Assembly (NCBI GenBank): GCA_030141605.1
Contig: JAQGDQ010000517.1
Coordinates: 93,088-157,087, forward strand
Direction: 5' to 3'
Source: Tubiluchus corallicola
Taxonomy: Eukaryota > Animalia > Priapulida
Length of the DNA: 64,000 nucleotides
The notes under the pieces were generated by a model. The model had not been told where the DNA came from, did no database searches, and was given only the letters and a program-made list of their open reading frames with translations. The position numbers and the translations under genes are program-made. Below are positions 1 to 12,979 of the stretch, one piece after another (position 1 is the first letter of the stretch; every line of letters begins with the position of its first letter).

Positions 1-1163
1 CTTTAATATTTCTCGTTTATTTGTCTGTAATGTAAATGTATGTAATAGTGGTTTAATAAACTAACAAACATATTAGCTCAATTGGCTTGATCAGCTCATC
101 TGCGGCAATTTTTTATTTTAGTGAAATCTGTTTTCATATCTTTTTGTAAGCTATAAAGCTATAAAAATATCAACGCACCCTTCTGATAGTTTAATAAAAC
201 CAATCGCATTAAATGCCTCAGAGTGTTGCTCCCCCTTTTCATTTAATAGAAAGCAAATATTGAAAAATAATGAAATTACAGATGAAAATATATACGATGA
301 TTTACCCATGGAATTACTTGACGTAAAGTTATGTTAGTTTGTCTTGGAGTCAATAAATTTTCCGTTAATCATGCAGTCAGGGGAGAGCTGGGTCGTTTCC
401 CTCTATACGTAGACGTTATAATTAGGACAATAAAATACTGGCTTAAAATACTGAACTCTCCACAAAATACATTAATACACAAAACCTACGAAGAAAATAA
501 AAATCTCTTTAACCAAAATACGGGATGTTGGTTACAATTTGTCAGAAACATTTTCCGTCACTTGGGCTTTTCTCATATTTGGGAACAGCAGGGGGGCTGA
601 TCAAATTAAACCTTTTCTACATGATTTAAAGGAGAAACTACAAACATATTATAAAATTTACTGGAAGGAATGTTACAAAAGAAACGCGCAAAACAGGCGA
701 AACTAATAAACTACGAACCTGTACAAAATTTAAGCAAGAATTTATAGCCGAAAAGTATTTTCTTTTTGTACATAATCACGTATTAAGATGGAACTTTACT
801 AAACTGCCAACTTGCATATAGAAAAAGGCCGACATTGTATACCCAAAGTACCTGTTAACAATCGAATGTGTAAACACTGTAATGAAGGGAAAATTGAAGA
901 TGAAATGCATTTTGTACTTGACTGTAAAAATTACTATGAGCTAAGGTCAAATTTATTCAGTATAGCGAAAATTTTTCCTGCTTTTATTAATCTACCTATG
1001 GACCAAAAATTTATTTTGATGTTAAGAGGTAGTGATTTTGAAATGACAAATTTAGTGTCAAAATACACTACTGAGAGTCTTATAAAACAAAATTTACAAA
1101 ATTGAGCTTGCCTGTTGTTTTATTTAATAGTGTTAGATCTTCATTATATACAATAATTCTAAC

Positions 1164-2442
1164 TTTCTTACCTTAGTCCTTCCTGCGCATTGATGCACAT
1201 TGAGCAGACAGCATTTTCCACTGAGTTCTATCGGCGGCTTCGTTCTCTACGTTTTCCCAACGTCTGTTGACAGCTCGAAGGTCTTCTTTGAAGGATCTGC
1301 GCCACGTTGTTTTTGGCCGACCTCTTTTTCGTTTCCCACCAGGTGGTTCCCACTGTACTGCTGTTTTGGCGTAGCGACTTTCTGATAGACGGAGAATATG
1401 TCCAGCCAGTTTCATTCTTCTCTCTGTAACTATATCTTGTAACCGCAATGACTGCGCTCGTTGAAGAACTTCTACATTGGTGACATGGTCGCGGTAGGAG
1501 ATTTTTAGTATCTTTCGAAGGCATTTTTGGTGGAAGACGTTCAGTTTCTTTGATAACTCCGCTGTGACTTTCCAGGTTTCGCTGGCATAGAGAGCCGTTG
1601 GCAGCACAATGGCGTTGTACAGACGAAGTTTGATTTTCATGTCAATTTTCTTGCTTGTCCAGATTTTTCCCATCTTCCTAAATACTGCTGTTGCTTTGCC
1701 GATTCTCCCCCTGATGTCATTTTCTGTACCTCCATTACAGGTCATCACACTGCCCAGATATGAAAAACTGGTAACGTTCTTAACCATTTGGCCTCCCACT
1801 GTTATATGTACATCATTCTGTTGGTTTGTCCACACTTTCAAAACTTTGGTCTTTTCTTGACTAATTCTCAATCCAATTTTTCCCGCTACTTCTTCCATAC
1901 TTGTGGTCAGTTGTTGCAGGCTTTCTTTTGATGTTTCCAGAAGAGCTATATCGTCAGCAAAGTCCAGATCTGCCAATCGTTGTTGTTGTTTCCATTGCAT
2001 TCCTAGATCTTTACCATCAACCGCCTTGTTCATGATGAAATCAATCGTCAGTAGGAACAGGAATGGCGACATAATGCAACCCTGCTTAACTCCAGTTTCG
2101 ATGGTGAAATACTCGGTGTTTCCCTCTTGTGTTCTTATACAACAGCCGCTGTTTTGGTAAAAGTTCTGGATGGTTGAAATGAATTTCTGTGGGATACCAT
2201 ACAGAGAAGCAATTTTCCATAGAGACTGCCTGTGAACAGAGTCAAAAGCCTTCTTGAAATCAATAAAATTGATTAATAAGGGCTGTTGGAATTCCATACA
2301 TTGCTCAATGATGTTTCTGAGAGTGAATATCTGTTCACAGCATGATCTTCCTTTTCTAAATCCAGCTTGTTGTTCTCTTAGTCTTATATCAGCAGCATCT
2401 CTCAACCGATCTAGCAGCACTATACTCAGGACTTTTCCAGGT
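1164..2442 (-). mobile_element. RTE-clade LINE, 5'-truncated copy with an uninterrupted reverse transcriptase C-terminal ORF
   Basis: ORF 1173-2420 contains QAGFRKGRSC, FIDFKKAFDSV, GVKQGCIMSPFLF, LDFADDIALL, FSYLGS, LYASETW and GKRKRGRPKTTW, ending CASMRRKD*. It is followed by a very short TAAG-type tail and flanked by the direct repeat ATAATTCTAAC at 1153-1163 and 2443-2453. Confidence 0.93.
1173..2420 (-). CDS. Reverse transcriptase (partial, RTE LINE)
   Basis: 415-aa open frame with canonical non-LTR RT motifs including the FADD catalytic motif. No true start codon because the copy is 5'-truncated. Confidence 0.88.
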   Translation of the reverse strand: MLLDRLRDAADIRLREQQAGFRKGRSCCEQIFTLRNIIEQCMEFQQPLLINFIDFKKAFDSVHRQSLWKIASLYGIPQKFISTIQNFYQNSGCCIRTQEGNTEYFTIETGVKQGCIMSPFLFLLTIDFIMNKAVDGKDLGMQWKQQQRLADLDFADDIALLETSKESLQQLTTSMEEVAGKIGLRISQEKTKVLKVWTNQQNDVHITVGGQMVKNVTSFSYLGSVMTCNGGTENDIRGRIGKATAVFRKMGKIWTSKKIDMKIKLRLYNAIVLPTALYASETWKVTAELSKKLNVFHQKCLRKILKISYRDHVTNVEVLQRAQSLRLQDIVTERRMKLAGHILRLSESRYAKTAVQWEPPGGKRKRGRPKTTWRRSFKEDLRAVNRRWENVENEAADRTQWKMLSAQCASMRRKD

Positions 2443-2618
2443 ATAATTCTAACGCTTCACTTTAAATATAGGTTACCATTTTGTAAAATGTAATTTTAAT
2501 ATAATACTATGCTCTACGGTATAAATTTGTTGGAAAATGTAATTGCAATTCTAAAATTCGTTGTGTACTAAACTTTGTAAAATAACTTAACATATATTTA
2601 ATCGCTGTAAATACCGTT

Positions 2619-2627
2619 TACTATTAC

Positions 2628-2713
<86 letters not shown>
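2619..2713. repeat. (ATT)n microsatellite
   Basis: About 30 near-perfect ATT units. Confidence 0.97.
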
Positions 2714-2899
2714 GTGTGTTTTATTGTGTATTGTGTTGACGATTATACCCCATGTGGGGTTTTTGGCTGTGTAGTGCATTGCTTATGTAATGTTTTGTAA
2801 CTTCTTATTGCAATTGTAATTGTATGGATTGCAAATCGTCAATAAATTATATCATCTTTTTGAACAGCTAGTAAGCCAATCGGCGCATATGAATCGATA

Positions 2900-3800
2900 G
2901 ATGCACGACAAAAATGGCATTGGTAAAAATGGCATAGGGAAAAAATGGCACAGGAGTAAATGGCATAAATGGAAAAATAAGAAATATGGTACATTTATAA
3001 AATACTGTGGTGGTCACTATAAGGGTCACTGTGGTAACTATTTTACTTAATTTTATCTCTGCTAAAGAAGTTATGCTCCAACAAAAACTAACAAATTAAC
3101 AGATTTCCATGAAACTTTGTGGAGAAAGTGGGTATAGGGGACAAGAAATATGCATTCTGACGCAGATTCCGGGACAGGGGAAAGGGTGAAAGCTGCCAAA
3201 ATGGACAAAACGCACAAGAAACATTCGTGAAGCACTTCGAGGAGGTCTCAGAGCTCTTTGGAAAGAAGACGAGATAGGGTAATTCTCTTTTTATTTTCTC
3301 TACCGGAACAAACAATTCTGAGTTAGTTCCAAGTTCCATTCCGAGAAATTCTCGCTTGGAAAGGATTGTAATGCTGGCTATACTTTGCTTATACATGTAC
3401 ATACAATTATAAGCTGATTTAGTACGTAAATGTGTGCATCTGTCAGTCTATTACAATTGCCAAATGGTTAAAGAAATGTATCCAAACACTCAGTGCCATG
3501 TTTGTGCATTATTGATTATAATTCTGTTTAATGAACACACTTTTTCTAGTCTGTATAATACTTATACAGGTATATTTTTGTATAGTTTTTGATTTTCATT
3601 GTTTCGCGTTTTTTTTCTATCAAAAAAAATCAGAGGAGCATGTTTAGATTTTTCGACCTTAGCAGGCACTGCTTTTTAATAAGCGCATTCTAGATTTATT
3701 ATAAAATTTATTTGCGTCACGTATGTGCCATTTTTTCTATTCTTCCAATTGTGCCATTTTTTTCCTTTGACATATTTATCTGTGCAATTTTTACTACATC
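2900..3800. mobile_element. Non-autonomous DNA element (MITE/foldback-like) with inverted subterminal repeat arrays
   Basis: Cluster of AAAAATGGCA repeats at 2909-2995 mirrored by TGCCATTTTT-type repeats at 3722-3800. No coding capacity. Confidence 0.6.
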
Positions 3801-4479
3801 TTGTGTAGACCCTATTGAACTCAGACATCCCACAACTAATGAAAGAATTCTGTACTCATCAATGAATTAGACATGGAAGCATGAATCACAATTCTCCCCC
3901 CCCCCCCGTTCTCGATCCTGGTCTCATTTCTTTTGCAATAATATTTGTTCATCAAATAAAAAACAATTCTTACCTTACTTAAGCCATTTTACATTTCCAC
4001 ATCGCCAAAGATATCAGAAGTGCTCTCTTTACCTAATCTATCAACTCTAATTTTGTTACGTGTAATCAAACTTCCGCTGCCATACAAACTTAGTATTAGT
4101 ATACATTCTAAATAAAACGAGATCTCTAAAATGTGTTCATCGTATGCGACAAATTTTTATCAACATTTTAGCATACGTATAACATTGTAAACGTAAAGGT
4201 TTCAATCGGCAACGCGTAGCCATAATATTGCAAGCTATAAAACATTTTAAAAATGTCTTGCCCTATTACCCTTACCTTACATTAATTTCAGAATTAACTT
4301 ACTGGGCGTCATATTACTTTTCACACTGTCCCACTTTTGAAAACTGATCAACATGACATAAGCATGAAACTGAACCTATCTAACAAAAGATGTCACTGTT
4401 TTCCTATTATTCAGCTTACTTATTACGTAGTTTATTATGCTTACGAAAATGTCGCCAAAATTGTTTATCACATCTTTTA

Positions 4480-4810
4480 AAGCACGAGAATGCACGCTTC
4501 ATAAGTAAAACTTAAAAAATTTATTTTTAAATTTTATACCACTTACATGCTGTCTTATTGCACACAGGCATTGCGTTATTAGCAACACCCTATAAAAACT
4601 TCTAAATTTAAACTCCTACAATTACCGTAGCCGCAGACATTTTAATGTTAAGTCGTTTGAAACAAGTTTAGATAACACTGCGTAAAGTTTGAAAAAATAA
4701 TTAATCAGAGCATTCGTAGAACACACTTTTCGCTAGCTAAGCAAAAGTTTAATTACTTTATATTGTCAGTAAGACCAATAGGATGTTTGTTTTTTTGGTG
4801 AATCAGTCGT
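4480..4810 (+). repeat. Dispersed repeat copy A (inverted copy at ~15910-16195)
   Basis: Shares blocks such as TAAATTTAAACTCC, AAACAAGTTTAGAT and TGTCAGTAAGACCAAT with the reverse complement of 15910-16195. Confidence 0.8.
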
Positions 4811-4984
4811 GCACACTGTTTTATGAGGTGACGCGAATATTTTAAATTATTAAGAATTTTCTTTTACACTTACGTAAGTTTTTCTAGCAGTAAGCGTAAT
4901 GCTAAGTAATGCATAACTTTGTATGAAAAGTATTGGGGATATATTTTAAGATTCCCTTTTCTTCCCCTTAATAAATTAACTGCG

Positions 4985-5260
4985 TGTGATTATCGAGTAA
5001 AGTTAAGCAACGTTGAGGTTGGCTAGTACATGGATAGGTGATTTCACAAAACTCATTCTATGTTTTTCCAACCGTCAAACTGAGCCCCAGCTATTTACCA
5101 CGTTGAGGAGAGATGTATACACATCTGCGCTTTTCTAAGGCACCACTGGCGGTTAAAGGCTTGTTTTAAAGGATTATACCTTATAACGACCTAGGCTCCA
5201 GTATCGTAGCAGTCCATTATCCCCTGCTGTTGAGCTATAAAAGTTAAGTTGCGTCTACAT
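4985..5260 (+). mobile_element. 5S rRNA-derived SINE-like element (degenerate)
   Basis: AAGTTAAGCAACGTTGAGGTTGGCTAGTACATGGATAGGTGA (5000-5041) resembles the 5S internal control region (box A, IE, box C) and is followed by non-5S sequence. The 3' end is approximate. Confidence 0.6.
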
Positions 5261-5604
5261 GCATTCAAAGCATCTTGTTCATCTTGTTCTGCATAAAAGC
5301 TGATTTCCCGTTGACTCCTTTAGGCACTGAGGAAGAAGTATGATGAGGTTGAGGATACTGAGGTTGAGGATATTAAGGTTGAGAACACGGAGAGAGCGCC
5401 AATGTCGCAAGCGAATATGTATAACGTGTTAACGTCTTTTGACATGAAAGACGAAGCATTAAAGGCTGTTCTCTGTAAATGCGTATAGCTCGAGATGGTA
5501 CATAGACCCGCTACATGTGTGAAAACAATTAACTCTGCAGACATGGTTCGACCAGACATTTAGTCAAATCGTGCAATTTTCTTTTATGATTTAAACCGGT
5601 CAAT

Positions 5605-6068
5605 CTGCTCAGTCACGCTGGCGAACTGTACCACTGGCGAACTGAAACGTTTTGTTAAAGAAAAGGTAATAACATGTAACAGAAAAAAATTGCTGCCGAA
5701 ATGTTCTACTGGGGAAGTGCGTACTGCCGAACTGAAACATTTCACGAAAGGATAACGCAATAACATAGTGAAGAAATTGTGCTAAATAAATGTTCCACTT
5801 GATTACTAAAATATTCCGTTAAAGGAATGAACAAAGAAATTTACTAGAGAAATATTTAAAGAACTTGAGAACTGAAAACAATTTGTTAACTGATAAGGTA
5901 ACGACATAGCACAGCAATTTTACTAGCGAAGTATGTACTGGCGAACAGTAAAACTGGTGAACTGTACCACCGGCGAACTATACCACTGGCGAACTATGCT
6001 ACTTTCGAAGTGTGCCACTGACGAACTGTACGGCCGGCGAGATGTCAACTGGCGAAGTGCCTGGATAC
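5605..6068. mobile_element. MITE-like element carrying many GGCGAA(C/G)TG motif repeats
   Basis: Roughly 10 copies of (T)GGCGAACTGTA-like motifs clustered at 5615-5735 and 5925-6060. Confidence 0.5.
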
Positions 6069-9000
6069 GACTATACGACTATTCTGATGTTAATGTCAAA
6101 GATGGTTCGATTGAAGACAACGACCGTGAGGTATATTGCGCCTCGTTCGCTTTTGTCAAGTAAATTTCCTGATAAATTGTCAAATAAATAGCTACTGGTA
6201 AGCAAAGTTACGACTCCATGCGACGGGTAATAGACACCTAAGTGAAGAATAGCAACGAGGGTGACATTCTTCTCAATAAAGGTACAGTAGCCTTTAAAGG
6301 AATTCGTCCACTATGCGATGTTTCAATACATAGTCATATGTAGCTGATAATATGAATATTTTAATGGTTAAATTGAAAATGTAATTTAATAGCCCATGCA
6401 TAACTAGTTTCGAGCATATATCTCAGCAGTAGACAACCATAAACAGAAAAAATGAAAAAGAAGGCATATACATCCCAGCTTGCAGTCACGCACTAGCTAA
6501 ACAATTATTTTCTTTAAATTAGTAATTGCTGTCTATTTAACATTATACTGCAAGCTCATAACATTACATCAGAAACTATAGTAATCTGCGTTTCTTAGAC
6601 AAAAAACTTTAGTTTAGCTTTAAAACCTATTGTATTATTCTACTTTGTACTGGGAAACGAATTTTGAAGCACGTTTCTAAAGCATCGCAAAAATAAGGAA
6701 CTAAGTCAGGATGTTTCAATACTGTTGTCTGCAGTGGTAAATTGAAGTAGAACAATAAATTTCATTTCAATTCAGTGTTTTGGTGGTACCTTTCCGTTCA
6801 TTGCATAACCTTCATTGCATTTTTAGTAATAGAGAAAAGAAGGTTACAGGGAACAGACATAAAGACTACTTGCAAGAGGTGGTGATATACCTGATGTCTA
6901 TGCCTCTAACCTTCTATTGACGTAGGTCTAGTCGATGGAAGAATCTATTACATGAAATTGTATATAGATGGTATCTCAAAAGAAATTCACCACTGCACCA
7001 ATGACACATATTCTGTTGTTTTTTTTCAAAAACTCCGTAAACAATTTTGTAATTTCGATAGCAAGGGTCTTCAGTTATTTTGTGTTACGTTCGAGATACG
7101 TTAATTATATTCACATTTAAGTCACTTCTATAATGAAATTATATAAATTAAATTCTATAAATTGAGTAGGTAGCAGTGCTTATGGCAAAACGTTTCTTTA
7201 AAACCAGTACATTCAATAACTGTTTTTTTGAGTTTTTTGAAAAGCTTACTTTTCAATCAAGACCAAGGCAAGTGTAATTCATTTGTTTTTAATGCCCGTG
7301 CTGCATCATAATTATTTCAAAATTACCAACTTCATCAATTTTAATACAACACCAAAAATTAGCTCAACATGCGCAAGGTCATTTCAGAGGTTATACAAAT
7401 AGCCACAAACCGCGCTTGGAAAGTGGGGAGCGTTGAGTATTTTGTTAAAAAACCGTGCAAAACTTGAAAACCTTTAGCTGCCAGAGTGTTAATTTTCAAG
7501 GACATTTATTTTAGTGTGAACAATTATAGTAAATTGAAAACAATGCAATAGTCGACGACCTTGCGCACAATAGCTTACAAGTGACATCTATAACTATCGT
7601 AACCTGGTATTGGAGACCCTCAAATGTACATAACTATATAAACAAGTGATATCAAAACTAAAGAACTGCAAGAATTTTTTGAAATGACGTTGGAAGGGAA
7701 TGACCATTTTATAACGGAAGAATGTTTTAGTTGCTGCTACGGCCATCAGTACAAAATATTTTTAGGTGCCCGCATATCCAATATTTTTGCCCAAATAACA
7801 CGTGCTCGTGCACCATGTTTCGCGATTTTGAGAAAAATCCCATAATTTTTCACAAGTATACTAGACTGTGTGGGATAACTCAGTTGAGCTCATTATAACA
7901 GCTGTTAAAAGCTTTATACGGAGAACAAAGTTTGACGTGTGTAACAATTTGTAATTCTAGCATTAGCGTTTTTGAAATTTTAGTATTGGTATTTATGCTG
8001 AGGATCTAAAAAGCACCAGTACAGTCAACGTCCAATAAGCAGATAGAGCAATTCAATAATGTTGCAGTCTGCACTCTGCTTTTGGAGATTTGGGACGTTT
8101 ACTAATTAAGACTGATGCATTCTGCGACACTTGGATCCCACTCCCCAGTCTTCCCATGATGGGAATGAAGCGACAATTAAATGGCATGACTCCAAACGTA
8201 GCAAATTAATGTGAACTGAAGTGTCACTATAGACTTGATTGAGTATCGAGTCTTAAAGTGAGCGTCCAACGCTGATAGACTTTTAATGTACACTCTGATT
8301 CAAACCTCGAGTCGTGTTCATTCATTAAATGATTCTCATCAAACTGACCTGGTTATCAAGGGTTTCACTTTGCAGTTTAAACTTTTTGCGAACACATGAT
8401 CTACTTATCAGTCAACGTACTTTGTTACCAATACGCACTGAAATCACCGCAAATATGCAAAGTCGTCCAGAAGAAAGCATTGCCCCAAATAACTCGTAGC
8501 CCTTCATCTTGGTAGAGGCATTTGCAAAAGAGACCCACATCACCTTGTAACCCAGTTTCTTTTTCTTTACAAATTTCCATCCAAGACGCCCACGAAGCGC
8601 CGCCAAGACGTTTTACCTGCACGGTGTTCCGGCAATAAGGTGTCTTGCCGTTCCTAGAAGAGCACCTTGTAAAAAGAACGTTGTTGCGGCGCTTCTGTTG
8701 TGAGCGTGAGTATAGTCTTTGTGCTCCATGTTTTTATATGACAAATAAAATGGACTTAAAAGAAGATTAGAGCTATTCTTTTCTTAAACGGCCATAGCCA
8801 AATGGAAAACTCATTTAACACATCTTTTTGTTCAGTACTGACAAAGACATTGAGAATAAGTAATGAACATTAAGCAAACTTAAAACCAATTTTTTAATTT
8901 TTTTATGTGGAATTTATCAATTATATTTGTAACCTAGGCAAATTGCACGTTACCATAATAATTTAAACTTTTTTACGCAGGCCAGGCCTTGGCTTAATGA

Positions 9001-9465
9001 CTACCTAGGTTACAAATAAGAAATACACGTGAGAAATAACATTTCGGATTTGCAGTACCGGATAATTCAGACTCTATACTATACGATGATAACTTATAAT
9101 CAAGAAATGCCGCATCTGTTATTCAGTCTCACATTACGTAACATTGCCGTAATGCCGTACGAGTCGTAGTAACGATAAATTAGTTGATTGCTTTGAGGAC
9201 AGAGAAATGTACCTGTGGTCACGAAACGCATGTACAGACAGGATTCATTTATGGATTCTCGTTAGAAAATGATGGGCACAGTGTCAACAGAGTATCTATC
9301 CAGCTCAGCTTTTTTAGCAACTTGCAACGAACAAAAGGGCAACAGACTTTTTTGCGCACACTGTAAATAAGAACACGTACCCATGTAATTGGCTGATTAT
9401 TATTTCTACCATTACATTAATTAACTTAGCGCTTGAATTGAACCTCCATTTCTCTTGTTCTCTTG

Positions 9466-9475
9466 TTCTCTCTCT

Positions 9476-9517
<42 letters not shown>

Positions 9518-9553
9518 GTTCTCTTTTTTCTCTTTCTCTCTCTATTTCTCTCT
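9466..9553. repeat. (CT)n microsatellite
   Basis: Direct inspection. Confidence 0.95.
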
Positions 9554-10516
9554 CGCTCCTCTATCTGCCTAATTCTTCATCAATAATAGTCTAGCGAAGG
9601 TAGTTTATGGAATAATAGCAATTCATTCCAGAAAACTACGTAGGAACGAACTTTACTGCTAGCCGTAAAATTATTTTCAAATTTTCTCTATATATAAACG
9701 CCTGCTTCTTATTAAAAACTGTATTTCTAGTTCGTGAAGATCGCGCATCACTCTGTCAACTGGGAACAATAAACTGATGCACAATGCGTGTCCAAAAATG
9801 GGAGCAAGACTGGCGCACCAAGTATATGAAACTGTTTGCAGGCAAACAAAGCATTACTTAATTGTTAAAAAAGTAGTTACAAACTCGGTATAAATGACAT
9901 AAACAACAAAAAAATAAACGTTAATAATTGTTCCTAATTTAATTACCTAATAATTCGGCCTGTGTGAAATGAATGCAGTTTTAATGCAACATTATTACGA
10001 CTACATGTTCGCAAACACACAAAAGAGTAAAATTAAAAGCTAAATTTCGTTACTTACACAAGAAGAATTTCATTGACTTCGGCAACTATTCTAAGTAGCT
10101 TCTCTGTTCTGATTTGGTACAAGGTATGCGTTAAATTCAAGTTGTGAAATATATAAAATTTTGAACGGCAAAAATCACTATAATTATAAATGAAAGCTTG
10201 ACAAAAATATCATTCGTACAAATCCTAACTGCAACAACATGTAAGAATGTCTACGTAGGAACGTTTAATAGGTCTCATTCTTATGAACAGGATCAGTAAC
10301 CGAGCTAAGTCCGATCCGTTGACTTTTCTGGGTTCTATAAACACTACGGAAAGATTAGAATGATAAGGTTACCATATATAGTAGCTAGAGGTTCGGTGTC
10401 TTCCAAATATAACACAAATTTATTTACTTCAGAAATAAAGTAAAATTTATCCCCAAACGAACCACCTGACGCTTATAATGCTTATGTACATAAACTGTCT
10501 CTCCCCTCCTTTCCTT

Positions 10517-10525
10517 ATCTATCTA

Positions 10526-10590
<65 letters not shown>
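10517..10590. repeat. Compound (CT)n(TA)n microsatellite
   Basis: Direct inspection. Confidence 0.95.
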
Positions 10591-10592
<2 letters not shown>

Positions 10593-11986
10593 TGATATAT
10601 ATAATTATAATTATATATATAATTTATAAGTGATAGATATCAAAATAGTACTTTCCTTGAGTTTAAATTAAGGCTAATGAAAGGCGTTGCACTCCTCTGC
10701 CAAATAAGAAACTGATACAATTTCTCCTGAACACCGATGCATGTAATATTATGCTAAGCCAGTTTCAGTTATATGCAAGCCTATCTTTTGAAAACTCTTA
10801 ATAATATGCAGTAGCCTTTTACGCACAGCATTTTATTAAACGTAAAGTTAAGCATTAAATATGCGTTAGATAATGTGAGTTCATAAACTGTGTGGCGTTG
10901 CATATGCCTACGCATGAAATTGTGACTTAGCCTTTGCGGAGGAGGGTGACTATTTTATTCCATCGTTTATACTATTTTTACTGGCGATATTTACAGTGAA
11001 GTGAATCTACCTAATTATTATTTTTTAAAACGATCGTTGACCGAAGATAAGGAAATGTAAATAAGTTTAAACCGAGACTTGATTTAAACTAGAAATCTTT
11101 GAATTTTAACTCCGATGCTATTTAGATCATGAGCAATCTCTTGTCATAATCCAAACGTTCGACGGTTCGAGTCCAGGACTCGTTTTACATTTCCGTTAAG
11201 TTTAGGTTACAAATTTAACTTATGTGACTTATTTCCATCATTTATTTATAATACTGAAATTATAATTAAAAAAGTTAAAGAAACATTTATAATGAGAAGC
11301 AATATTTAAAAACAAGAGTCAAAGTAGTTTCTAAGAGATATGTTTTAACAAAAAGGCGTCAGACAATGAAAACATTTATTATCACAGAGTGACGTAGTTG
11401 TCCTGATATCAGGCGTAAACATCAATATCCAAACATGTGAAAAGTTTTGTTTGGAATGTTAAGAAACAATTTGGAAAACAACAGCCCATTGCTAGGATGA
11501 TTTACTTTGGCAGGACAAATATGACGCTATCGGTAGTTATTTCTTCACGGAAGACTACATCAACGGCGGCTGTAAGAAGAATGACCACTAAAATGCAGAC
11601 ACTTACATATAAATCTAATCCTCTATAATCCAAACACAATGCAATTCCCATCAAGATTCTCGCAAAGTCAGATCCGGCCGCATTGCGTGACTCAATTTCT
11701 AGTTTAGTATCTGAAATGGCTCTAGGATACGATCATTGACTTTATATCTAAGATTAGGTTCGTAATTACAAACGCTTAATCTAGAGAAATTGTTGATGAC
11801 CATGTACTTCCATTCTTGCATCTTGTAACTTCATTACTTTCATTATAATAATTCATAATTTGATAGGCTTGAGACATACATTTTTTCTGCATGTAGTTGT
11901 GTAATACGGCTTCCTTTTGTTGATAAGATAAATTGAAATCTAGTGATGATAATTAACGATCAAATTTAGAAGGTCAGAGGCTCTGA

Positions 11987-12066
11987 AAAGTTGTATCAGC
12001 CAAGATTCGAACCTCAAACTTCGAGGTTTCAGACCATACGCTGACGCTCTAGCCATTTCAGCTATC
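11987..12066 (-). mobile_element. tRNA-derived SINE head or tRNA pseudogene
   Basis: Minus strand reads GATAGCTGAAATGGCTAGAGCG (A box) ... GGTTCGAATC (B box). The cloverleaf is not intact. Confidence 0.65.
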
Positions 12067-12979
12067 AACCCACATGACTAAATCTACTTGTCTTGCCAGC
12101 TGCCAAATTGTGTAGTTCTGATGCTAATTTTAAGTAGCGATGAGGCGTTTTGCCTTATGATATGCTAAAAGTTTCATTATTGAATAGAATCATCATGCAG
12201 AACTCTACGTACGCATCTGGCAATGTCAAACACAATTGTGAAGATCGAGTTTTCCTCATAACAAACTGCTGACAATAGTGACCTTCATCACAAAATATGG
12301 CATCACGCACGCTTATTCGAATCAGTCAAAACGTTTTTATCGTCCTCCTATGAACTCAACTCCTTTATGCTTTGTCATTTTGTCATTAAGACTAGAAATT
12401 TTATTCTTTCTCTTTAAAATGGTTATTGAGAATTTGTAGTTATGTATTTATCTTTCGCACAATGAAAGTCGGATGAATTATTGTTTGAATCAGTATCATC
12501 GTTGAACAAACAAATGAAGAATTATTGCCGTAAAATTATGTAAATCAATATCGTGGAAGAACAATCTTAATGTTCCGTTACACTTTCACTAGAACGAAAC
12601 GAAGATTTTCATGAAACCTGTTTGAAATTGCTCGAGGGGCAATGAAAACTCTAGCTTGGGCTATACTCCTCAAAATGTCAGTAATGACTGCATGCAAATT
12701 TGATAAATACAATGCACTTTCGGTCAAGGGTCAAATTTATCCATAATATCAGGATTAACCGATATACAATGAATTTTGTATTTAATTATACATTTCTTTA
12801 ATTTGACATATTCACCTGAAGAACCTTGAAAAATCACGAAAGGCAGTCTTAAGCCTGAAATTGCAATTTTGAACAAAAAATCGCCAGTACGACTATAGGT
12901 CAAGATACATAGCTGTACTTGATACCTAAGTTCTTCACAAGCTGGTATTTCCAAAGCCACATTATAAGCCAGTAATTCA

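Larger units (their letters stand above)
150..2850 (+). mobile_element. 5'-truncated, decayed non-LTR retrotransposon (RTE-X-like) 3' portion, interrupted in its 3' UTR by a younger RTE insertion
   Basis: Broken ORF pieces DSLIKPIALNASECC, LGVNKFSVNHAVRGELGRFPL and IEKGRH...RMCKHC...IEDEMHFVLDC match the RT thumb and C-terminal Cys/His motif of these LINEs. The UTR resumes after 2453, with an ACCCCA/TGGGGT hairpin (~2747-2760) and AATAAA (~2841). Boundaries are approximate. Confidence 0.7.

Noticed and set aside
1200-2493. Several short ORFs overlapping the RT
   Set aside because: Antisense or off-frame shadows of the RTE reverse transcriptase.
5605-6068. Short regularly recurring repeats suggestive of a CRISPR array
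   Set aside because: Repeats are about 10 bp, degenerate and irregularly spaced, in a eukaryotic context with no cas genes.
11130-11182. B-box GGTTCGAGTCC suggesting a tRNA gene
   Set aside because: No intact A box or cloverleaf; at most a SINE relic.
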